Part shown: positions 39,239 through 50,100 of the stretch, in pieces | Numbering within the stretch: position 1 is the stretch's first letter | Layout of the letters: each line of letters opens with the position of its first letter | DNA from: Haliotis rubra | Lineage: Eukaryota | Length of the DNA stretch: 64,000 nt | Direction: 5' to 3' | Assembly: GCF_003918875.1 (NCBI RefSeq) | Contig: NW_025766976.1 | Span: 868,001 to 932,000, forward strand | Position numbers and translations under genes: made by a program | Notes under the pieces: model-generated | Told to the model about the DNA's origin: nothing | Databases searched by the model: none | What the model saw: only the letters and a program-made list of their open reading frames with translations

Positions 39239-40591
39239 ACATCACATTTTATTTAAAACTAGTTAGGGAGCATATAAAATAGTAAACTGTTAAGTGACAA
39301 CACAATATAGAAATAGGGTATAGATCGACAACAATTGAAGGTCAATTACCACGACGAGGGACCATGTTAGGCCTGTACATAGTGGGCGAGGGTTTTATCA
39401 TGACTATGAACACTCACTGCCATTTAGTACTCAAATGTTTTGAATTGGAATAGAAGTAACTGTTCTCGCTATTGGGCCAATCATTTTCGCCCGTTGGCGA
39501 GATATTTTAATAGCGCCAAGAAATAAGTTTAAATAAGTTATAAGCATACTTTCATTCATTTACAACCCCCAAAACATGAATTATGGGCAAAAATAGACCC
39601 ATGGGCGAGGTAGTATAAATTTTACGTTTTCGAAGGAATGTAGTGTTTTTCATCCTTATCATATATTCATTGTAACTGCGTGTTGGATTTTGTCAAATCC
39701 TTTTTAAGAAATTAGCCACAGTGCGGAGAGTTTCTGGATGTTTGGTTTTTCAGTATGAAATTGTGACGTGTTGACGGTATAGGCGGGACAAAAAAGACCA
39801 ACATACAAGAGACTATAGGGACTTTCGGGATCGGGGATGGAAACAACTGCTGACAGAAATATATAATTAGAATTATTTGCAGTGAAGCCAGTGATGTAAA
39901 CGGTGAAATCAACAAGATCAAGTCCCCTATATTCGTGTAAAATAGATAACGGCATAAATTGTGATAAACATCGATGCATTGTAGTAAAACAGCGTGAACC
40001 CAACTGCTTAAAACTGGTCAGAACTGAATTGCGTTATCTATGGCCAACTTGAGAAAGTATTTGGTTTAGACAGGTGTTCCTTACTGTTTGTTACACTGTG
40101 CATTCTTCCGTTTGATAAAACAAGGAGGAATGTACAAAGGAATGCTTGTCCCGGCTGGAACAGACATGCAGCCGCAATTGCTTCAAAACAGGTAAGCGCA
40201 GGTATTGACGCTGCTACACATGATTGGCAACAAGAAGATTAGTGTGGAATTTCAATCTTTACCATGCTCATCTTTTTGTAGGTGTTCCTGAGTCGCTGTT
40301 CAATATCAGCAAATGACATATTTGCTATTTTGGCTCAGGGGCAATCAGTTCCAATGACGACCTTATAGAGGAACCAAAACGATATTAAACAACATATCTA
40401 TGACGTAGGTATAATGACCCTCGGACTGAAGACACCTTTGAAAACGGTGGACGAGGAAAGGACATGACAGGCTGAAAATCTTCAAGACATGGCTCACACC
40501 AACAAAAAACATTCTCGTGTCTCCAGACACTTCACATGAATGTCGGCCTCTTGAAACAAATGTCGAAGGTATTGTTAAAGATTGATATGTA

Positions 40592-42050
40592 TACCAGCCA
40601 CATAAAGAAACTGTGCATTGTCAAAATATTATCCGAGTTGATAAGTACGATAACAATGTCAAAGGTACATATAAACCTTAATGGAGGGATCATGAGACCA
40701 TAACAAGTCGGGAGAATTTCAACTGAAAAGTCAATCACAATGACGTCACGAGTCCACAAGCGGGACAAGGGTCAAACGACCATGTCACAAGCTCAATAAC
40801 GGGTATGTCCACCATCGGCATTGAGAACAGCAGTGCATCGACGACGCATAGAGCCTATCAAACGTGCAAGGAAGGCTTGTGGGATGTCACGCCAAGTTCT
40901 GTTGCAAGGTCAAGGACGTTATCTGGCGGATGAGGAAGACGGCGTAGACGTCGATCCATCTCGTCCCAAACATAAGTCAACGTTTAGGTGTTGCACGAAA
41001 TCCATAGAAACCCTTGCCGTATGAGGGCGGGCATTGTCCTGTTGGAATGTTAACCCAGGGCCATGACGTTGCAGAAAAGGAATTGCCACAGGTTGAAGAA
41101 TCTGATCCCTGCAGCCCACACCAGTTAAGTTGCCCTGAACAATCACCAAAGGAGTTCTTTGGCGTGCTGTTATTCCACCCCAAATCATCACGGAACCACC
41201 ACCCAAGCGATTCCTCTCCAAGACACAGGCCTGTGCATAACGTTCTCCCACGCGTCTATAGGCACGTTGACGTCCATCACTATCGGAAATGTTAAACCTG
41301 GACTCATCTGTAAAAACAACATTTCTCCACCAAAACAAGGGTCTGGGGACATGATTTCGGCACCACATTCGGCGAGCTTGTCGATGACGTTGTGTCAGGA
41401 TAGGCCGTATGGCGGGCCGTCGTGGTCTGATCCCGTGATGACGTAAACGTTGTCGAACTGTGTTGGGGTGGATACGGCGAAGTCCTGGGATGGTTCGGGC
41501 AGTCATCACTGCAGTCTGAAACCTGTGGCGCAGATGGGTCACCCTTATCCATCTGTCCTGTCTTGGCGTTGTTACACGTGGACGTCCAGAACGTGGCCGA
41601 TCGATGACGTCATTTGTGTTCTGGTAGCGTCTCACCAGTGCAGAAATGGTGTTCCGGTGGCAGTGGAAATGTGCAGCCACTTGTCGTTGAGACATTCCCC
41701 CACGGACCATGCCAATGGCCTCATGACGATGTGCAGACGTGGGCCTTGGCATGCTATGCGTTTAAATAGCCGTTTAATTTTTTGAACGAGCGCAAGGGCA
41801 GGGGTTGACCTTTCCAAAGTGACAGTATTGTGTGGCATTCATTTGCTCTGTTTCTCTTTCCCGGAATGCACGTGCAACAACGTATTGCACGTCTCAAGGA
41901 CGAACCCACTGACGTCACAGAACATGGCACGTGCATGCATGTTGGATACATGTCACTAATCTCTGAGTTTAAATCCTTATGTGTCTACACAGGTTTGATA
42001 AATTTAGATTTAAATTTTTTTGTATGCACAGTTTCTGTATGTGCCTAGTA
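40592..42050 (-). mobile_element. Near full-length Tc1/mariner transposon with a small deletion in the catalytic domain
   Basis: TA-flanked TIRs (TACCAGCCACATAAAGAAACTGTGCA / TACTAGGCACATACAGAAACTGTGCA); ORF 40919..41752 with VFTDESRF and FQQDNARPH; the WP..SPDLNPIE motif is missing, and the frameshifted C-terminus ends GGHTRY-stop at 40793. Confidence 0.92.
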
Positions 42051-42968
42051 TATATCAGAATGTATGAAATACGTTTTGACCTGGTGGAGGTATAACACTT
42101 TGCATGATCTCACCGTTCCACATCGCTTTAAACAAACATGTCGAGGTTATTGTTGCAGATTGATTTATATATGTATATCAGAATTTATGAAATGCGTCTT
42201 GACCTTGTGGGGGTATAACACTTTGCATGAAACAAACAAACCGATGTACAGCGGTGAGATTCATGCAACGTGTGCACACGGATTTTGCGTTTATACTTCC
42301 ATATACGCTAAAGACAATTACACTAAGTTCGTAAGTAAATCCTACCCGTAAGATCCGGATTAGAATTGGTCTTCAGCAACCCATGCTTGTCGTAACATGA
42401 GATTGACGGATCGGGTGGTCAGACTCGATGACTTGGTTGACACATGTCATCGGTTCCCAATTGCGTAGATCGATGCTCGTGATGCTGATCACTGGATTGT
42501 CTGGTCGATACTCAATTATTCACCCACTCACTCACTCACTCAGCAGCAACACACCACTGGTCCAGACTCGATTATTTACAGACCGTAGCCATATAGCTAG
42601 CGTCGAACAACAAACTAACCAACCAACTTAAGTAAATCCCAAACTTGACGTGATTATATTTTTGGCTTGTTGGAACAATATACACATGCGCGTGGTAAAC
42701 ATCATTGTATCCATGCTAGACTGAAGTTGCCATTTTGGTCTAAGTAAAGCGCTTTGCGTCTTTTATGATTGGGATTTAGCTTAGGACACCGGAAATGGGT
42801 TTCACACACAGAACCCATGTCGGGAATCGAACACGGGTCTTCGGTGTGACGGGCGAATACTTTAATCACTAGGCTAACCCACCACCCCGCACGCACAAGC
42901 AAAATACTTTGGTTCTTTTATGATTGGTAACAAATAACAGAAACACTTTTCATCGATGCTGAAGTTTA

Positions 42969-43124
42969 CTAGAGATCGTCCATGTCACGTGGTCTAAACT
43001 CTCTTGGCTCCCTTCTTCCTGTGGAGCCTGGCGACCTTGGCCTTTTCCTGTGGAGATTTGTGGGCTTGACCTTCTTCCTGTTGACTCGGAGTGGCTGCCG
43101 GAGATGGGGCTTGGACCCGTGGCC
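42969..43124 (-). CDS. Precursor B exon 3 (GHGSKPHLRQPLRVNRKKVKPTNLHRK..., 1-nt deletion relative to paralog A near 43043-43046)
   Basis: tttcttgtttgcccAG acceptor; three 30-nt repeat units, one of which is 29 nt, so the read-out ends RPRSPGSTGRREPREFRPRDMDDL-stop (119-aa precursor as assembled). Confidence 0.65.
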   Translation of the reverse strand, partial: GHGSKPHLRQPLRVNRKKVKPTNLHRKRPRSPGSTGRREPREFRPRDMDDL

Positions 43125-44200
43125 CTGGGCAAACAAGAAACTGTCGTAGTTACGTCTTCATATCAAATCAGGAAAACATTGTTTTGTTGTAAACAATAAA
43201 ACCAGTAATTTGAAGCTCATCATGCTTTTAGATTTTGATATGAGTTCCGAATAGATTTACCTTAGTTAAATGTAGCTCACCTTATTACTGGAAACGGAGA
43301 TAAATGTTGGAATATTGAGATAAGAAATGTTCAAATCAAGCAGAGTAAATAATATTGTTTTACGCCGCTTTTAGCAAACTTCCAGTAACATCAAGGCTGG
43401 GGCGACCAGAAATGATTGTTCACATGTAGGGATCAGGGTCCTTGGTTTGACTACTGAACGATTCAACCACCTGGATGTCCTACCACATAAACAGACATGC
43501 AGAGGTATGGGCAGGATGTACGTAGGTTTTCCATTGTATCTTGGCTTGACAATATCAATGAAGCGATTGTTTTCGTTCCCCATGTTATAATATACACTTC
43601 CCGGTAATGACAATTGTGTGAGAACATATAGTGAGTGAGTATGTTTTTACGTTGCATTTAGCAAATATTCTAGCAATTTCATGGCGGGTGACTGCAGAAA
43701 TGTGCTCCAAATATTGAAGTCATATATGGGATCAAACCTGGGTCATCGGCGCGTGCTGAACTACTAGGCTAATTCACCTTCCAAGAACTTCGGGCACTGT
43801 TGTAATCCTCTCTTTATGTATTCTTGGCTATAACCAGATTTTTCATAATTTAGAGAGGCGGCAGGGTAGCCAAGTGGCGAAAGCGTCCGCTCGTCACGCT
43901 GAAGACCCAGGTTCGAATCCCTTTACATGGTACAATGCGCCAAGCCCATTCTTGCGTCCCCCGTCGTGATATTGCTTAAATATTGCTAAAAAGCAGCGTA
44001 AAGCTAAAGTCACTCACTCACTCCTAATTCAGTGTGTACAAACAATGGGGAAGTATCAAATTTTGATTTGTCTGTGTCTCTGGTCTAGCCCCAGCCGTTG
44101 ATTTCAAAGTGTTATGTAGATGATTCTGTCAGCAGAGAAAAGTACACTTCATAATCTGTTCATTTGTTTTCAGTTAGGAGAAAAGCAACGTTTCGCAAAC

Positions 44201-44361
44201 CTTTTTGCCAGCTAGATACTTTGAAAGGTGCTTTGCGATAGATCTTACTCCAAGGATCTTATCGTCCACGCAGACACAGAACTTCTGCGACATTCCGCTG
44301 GGGCCTACACACACGCCCCCTGTTGGGCATCCTGAACAGTCACAGGCAAGAGCAGTGAACT
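44201..44361 (-). CDS. Precursor B exon 2 (EFTALA/CDCSGCPTGGVCVGPSGMSQKFCVCVDDKILGVR-SIAKHLSKYLAGKK)
   Basis: ttttcttacAG acceptor, 161 nt, phase 1 to 0, GTTTGC donor; all six Cys are conserved with paralog A. Confidence 0.85.
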
Positions 44362-45027
44362 CTGTAAGAAAATGGCCTCTGGTTAACTAATATTTGCATA
44401 CGAACCCTTCACATAATTTTGAACATATAAGACACTTGCAAGGAGTAAAATTTAATACACCGTTGTTCAGAGCGAATGGAGACCTTTTGCTATGTCATAT
44501 AAATGCATATCCGATGTTCAATTCTTTGGTCACATAACACCACTTTTAACAGTATTGGTGTCAAATCGGGGAATGCTGGAGGAAAGCCCTTTATGATGAA
44601 GGCGGTCACCACGAGGATGGGGAAGATATCTGGTTCTGTCAAATCTATAAACGGAAACTGAATCGAACACACAGTCATAGGCTTCTGGCGTGGCCAAGAG
44701 ACGCAACTCTCCACAGAAGGCGCCTAAGATGACTGAGTCCATCTGTTTCTTGGAGTCGGTCATCACAAATTTACCATGGAAACATACGATCTGTTTCCTG
44801 ACTATACCCATATTTGGTTAACTCTGCATTCAGCAATATTCCAACTATATGGCGTCGGCCTGTAAATAATCGAGTCTGGACCTGACAATCCAGTGATCAA
44901 CATCATGGGCATCGTTCTACGTTACGATGACGTGAGTCAAAGATTACCCATAGTGCATTAGCACATACAACTCGATACATAAACTGTAAACTATCAATGA
45001 ATCGGTGTCCTTTTCACTTCATCCGAG

Positions 45028-45372
45028 GTGATGGTGAGGTGAAATTGGGTTTATCGTCGCGCTGGAGAATATTTCGCTCATATGACGACGTGCATGCGTG
45101 TGTATGTGTATGTGCGCCTGCTTGTACTAGCCCAGACTGAAGCTGGTTTTATAGTGCTACCATGCCGCAGTGAAGCATGAACACCCCATTCAGACACATT
45201 ATACTGACTCCGAGCCGATCAGTCCTTGTTGTACCCATTAATGGCGAGCGCCAGGCAGGGACCAACAAGTACCATATTTTAACGTCTTTTGGTATGACGC
45301 GGTCGGGGATCGAACCCGCGACCTTCCGCTCTCCGGGCGGACGCTCTAACCACTACACCACGGAGGCGGCTC
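45028..45372 (-). mobile_element. Second tRNA-derived SINE family (about 345 bp, V-domain-like middle)
   Basis: A/B boxes GTGGTGTAGTGG / GGTTCGATCCC; 13-bp TSD CACTTCATCCGAG; absent at the matching site of paralog A (near 37555). Confidence 0.8.
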
Positions 45373-45543
45373 CACTTCATCCGAGTAGCATAATGACATA
45401 TATTACGAATATAAAATAATCAGTCCGATAAGCTTCAGGTCACGATCGGGCATTCTAATTATAACACAAGGGGCGATTCACTCAGACGTTATTTTCCCAC
45501 GGCTCTTCTCAAGTTGCTTTGGTGACGTTTTAGCTTTTATCTC

Positions 45544-46063
45544 TAGTCCGTTTGGCTCAAAAGCGGACCGATGAATTGCAATCTAACTCGAAAACTAATA
45601 AACATAAAATACTCAATGAAACACTGATCATAATCAAAACCTCAGACCAACTCTGTGAGGTTTTTGCAGAATTTATGTCCTAAACATACATTAAAATATC
45701 GACACAGTTCACTATTTGTTACGAGGGAGGAGTGCAGAGAAAGGGACAGCCAGGAGCGCGAGAAAGGATGGAGACGGCACAGCACAGGTTAATGAATCAA
45801 TAACGTTGTCGGCACTTGCTTCTCTAACACCTGGCTGTCCCTTTCTCTGCACTCCTACCTCGTTAACAAATAGTGAACCGTGTCAAAATTTTAATGATAG
45901 TTTGTTAAACAACTTTTTTAATTTTAGAACATAAATTCTGCAAACAAATTACAGAGTTGGTCTGATGTTTTGATTATGATCAGCGTTTCATTGAATATTT
46001 TATGTTTATTAGTTTTCGAGTTAGATTGCAATTCATCGGTCCGCTTTTGAGCCAAACGGACTA
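45544..46063. repeat. About 520-bp MITE with long TIRs in intron 1 of precursor gene B
   Basis: TAGTCCGTTTGGCTCAAAAGCGGACCG... arms of more than 100 bp at both ends. Confidence 0.85.
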
Positions 46064-46556
46064 TAATAATGTTTGCATTGTCCATGAGTGTTTCCGTATT
46101 TTAATATACGTCAGCTATTCAAAAGAAACAAACATGTTTTCCACTCGGCAAACCCCTGGCAAAGTTATAATGCAAATTGTATTCCTGTTGCAAAGTTATG
46201 ACACGAAAACACAATCGGTTGAAACTCTCTATATATCATTTCTCCCGTAGCCCTAGTACCAAGGGGTATAATTTGTGCCAAGGAAGGTGCGTCATGGTCT
46301 CTGAAATAAAATAAATTACACCATATCGATTATGGAACCCAAACCTAACCCAACCCTAAACCTAACCCTAACCCGGTAAATATTGAGTTGGCTCAATAGT
46401 GTATGTTTTGTGGTTCCATATGTTGGTCAGTTTCTATCTGGGGTGTTTGACCTGTTGGAGGGCTGCCTCAATGTTGTAGTTTAGGGTTCCTGTATGTTGC
46501 TGCCAGCTGATGATGTGCCGTTTTAGGTGGAGAACAAGTGAAAAGACTAAACGTAC

Positions 46557-46599
46557 CTGCTATTATAAGCACGAGCCCGAGGAGAACGAGACACTTCAT
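46557..46599 (-). CDS. Secreted Cys-rich/cationic peptide precursor B, exon 1 (MKCLVLLGLVLIIA)
   Basis: gccgccATG, GTACGT donor, 43 nt as in paralog A. Confidence 0.85.
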
Positions 46600-47062
46600 G
46601 GCGGCACAATGTACAGGTGTGTGACGTGTGTTTGTCCCGACACTGACCTATCTTATCAAAGTGGAACCAGACCTTTAGATAGTGAGTGAGTACTTTAAAA
46701 GTATGGCCACAACGGCAGGTTTGCACCATATCGTGACTAGTAAATAATTTACAATGAAAATGTATTAAAACCTATCAACTGTAAACACTTCAATAACGAA
46801 CAATGTCCCACATTTTTGAGAAAAAAATATTAGGGAAGATTTTAAGGCATGGATTCAAAAGACCAACATGCCAGAGAATATAGGTACTTACGGTATACGG
46901 GCTTGAGAAAATTGCTGACGAATGGAGACTAAGATAGAATTATTTGCAGTGAACTCAGAGATGTAGCCAGTGAAATTAATGAGATCAATTTTATTGCTTA
47001 TTAGTTGGTGAGTGAATGTAGGTTGAAAACCAAAGAGAATCCCAATATTTGGGTAAAATTCA

Positions 47063-47102
<40 letters not shown>

Positions 47103-50100
47103 GTTATCTCTTATGAAAAGAAATTGAAAAAGTGCAACTAGGCTATTTCGAAATCGGACATTGAATACATTGTCAATGATTAAATACTAACTTGATATAG
47201 CTAACTATAAATAAATCTCAATCTTTTCCATGCTGTGTAATCAATGACCACATTGAGAAAGTATTAAATAAGGACAGGTGTTCGTCACTGTTTGGGGCAG
47301 TGGGGTAGCCTAGTGGTTAAAGCGTTGGTTCGTCACGCCATAGACCCGGGTTCGAATCCCCACATTGGTACGATGTGTGAAGCCCATTTCTGGTGTCCCC
47401 CGCCGTGATGTTGCTGGAATATTGCTAAAAGCGGCGTAAAACCAAACTCAGTCAGTCAGTCATCACTGTCTGTTAATCGGTGCATTCTTCAGTGTGATAA
47501 GTTATTATAGGATATTTATATAGCGCACATATCCATACAATTAGTGCATGTTCAAGGCGCTGGTATTTTTTCCCTCGATCATTGGATGTCAATCTCAGCG
47601 GCACATCGCATTATCAATCTCAACTCCCTGGGGAGTATACAACTCTTGCAGCCACTAGGCGCACCGAGTTATTGTGGCTTTCTCATCCTAACGAGGTACC
47701 CATTCACAGCTGGGTGGACTGGGACACATAGTCACAGTACAAATCACAAATCAAAGGGGAATGTACAAAGACATGCTTTTCCCAACTGGAACCGACCTGA
47801 GTATGCGAATAAGTCAAAATGGGCAACATAAGGAGTATGGACTTTCAACTTTTACCATGCTCCTCTTTTTGGAGGTGTTCCTGAGTCGCTGTTTATTATC
47901 AGCAAATGCCATACGTGCAAGGGACAATTTCTCAACATCAGAAAGGAATGGCTGACGTCAACCTGAGACGTTCTCGTTGATGATGTATCGTCTTCGTGTC
48001 TACAGATAATTCCCGTGACTGTCGGCCTCTTACAACAAATAGTGAACACTTATCCTGGAAAATACATATAGTTACTGTCATTTATTAATTTAACAGATGA
48101 AGATTTCGATATGCCAATGTTACTCATTTTATGTCACGTTATTGATTACAACCAATGAGTGAAAAAGACGACCGTTTAATGCCCATTTCGAGGACTTTCA
48201 AGATAAAAGCAGTCATTGAGTCTATTCATATAGGTGCTATAAACTGCTATAAGGATTGGCTTAAAGTGTAATCAACTACGGCAAAATGTAAAATTAACCT
48301 AAAACAATTTCTTTTGTTCAGATTAAAAGAATTTCCAATTTTAGTGTTATATGGCCAGTTTCGACCACCATCGTGCTATCAGAAACAAACAAATCCAAGT
48401 CATTTCCACCCAAACATGGACCAGCCATTAGAAAACACCAGTTATGAAGACGTACACTGCGCATCTGGAACACATCACACGGATGATGCAGAGCAAACAT
48501 GATAATAAATCTATGGACAATAAGTGAGTGAGTGAGTGAGTATGGCTTTACGCCGCTTTTAGCAATATTCCAGCAATATCACGGCGGGGGACACCAGAAA
48601 TGGGCTTCACACATTGTACCCATGTAGAGAATCGAACCCGGGTCTTCAGCATGTCTACCCCACCGCCCCCTATGGACAATGAAGGATGGAACTACAAAGT
48701 GCCAAGTCATAGTTCAGACAGCACGGATGAACGGCCTAAAACAAAGTCTATTCAAGTACATGTATAGGAAAGTATTTCTTGAGTTATTTCTCGTCGCACA
48801 AAAACACGAAACTGTGTCATCGTACACGAGGTGAATGTTCATAGCTTCCTTTAAGAATATGAATATGTATTTATGGTAATGATTCTTTAAGCAATGACTA
48901 AAATGTTTTCAGTGTCCGGGTTTTGATTTCCAAGTAACTTAGTCACACATACTCACGTTTGTTTCCTTGAACAATTGCAAAGGAATTTATGTATGGATTA
49001 TTACAACTCACACAAATACACTTATTGCAAGTTGCTGCAGGTTTTTATTACAATTCACAAAATAGTTAACTTTATTGCAATTCATTATGAACACTGTAAC
49101 AATGAATGAGTATGGTTTTAATCCGCTTTTAGTAATGTTCCAGCAACATTAAGACGGGGACACCAGAAACCGTTACATATTGTACCTGCGTGGGGAATCG
49201 AACCCGACCCTTCGGCGTGACGAGCGAAAGCTTTACCTTCTTGGCTACCCTCAAGACAGCAACGTCGTAACGAGGTGGGGCGATGGGGTAGCCCAGTGGT
49301 TAAAGCTCCCGCTCGTCACGCCGAAGACCCGGGTTCGATTCCCCACATCGGTACAATGTGTGAAGCCAATTTCTGGTGTTCCCCGCCGTGATATTGCTGG
49401 AATATTTGTAAAAGCGGCGTAAAACCAAACTCACTCACTCACTCATAACGAGGTTGTGTCAACTGACGTGATGGATGGCCGGTAGAGACATTTGTTTTTA
49501 TAAGTTATCACTCTGATGACATCTATTAACAAGTTGCATGGAAATAAGGCAGATTTGGAATTCGAACCAGTTGTTAGCGGATCATGACTCGGCCACGAGT
49601 CACAATTCTTCGCAGCTTAGGTGAAAAAAAGTAATAGAAGTGTAGAAGTGAACCCTTGTGATGACACAGATAAACGCGTACTTTGTTATTGATATTAGGC
49701 TTTCAATGTTACAATCGAACACTTGCTAAGCACCAAGTTAAATCTGTAGTCAGAGGCGTGCTCCTTAGCACATATTGAGTAGTATATATTAATCATTGCA
49801 TAATGAGGCCATTTGCGAAGAGCTGGACACAATGTATGTTCTCAACTGTTAAAAGCTCCCCAGCGAGTTGAAAAGGTAAAATCATTTGTAAATGAGCAAT
49901 GACTTGGGAAAGCTGATTTGAACACGCTAGCATGTTTGGTCATACGCTATGTTGTCAGATATCTAAAGTGTGTAATTTGAATTCTTGTCGTGACGTTGTG
50001 TATGTGTTAGTGATTAGGAAGCACGTGTCTAATGACAGAATATGTTATCTCAGTATGGGAAGTGTGACACATATGACGTCCGTTCTTGTGGTACCCAGTG

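Noticed and set aside
42950-43132. Alternative exon-3 frame ending QEEGSQESLDHVTW.ISSKLQHR
   Set aside because: It needs a phase-1 join, whereas exon 2 ends in phase 0 in both paralogs, and no conserved intervening exon was found. Disfavoured but not fully excluded, because a few changes are synonymous in this frame.
46336-46374. CCCTAA-like telomeric repeats
   Set aside because: Short and degenerate; probably part of a small repeat element and not evidence of a chromosome end or fusion.
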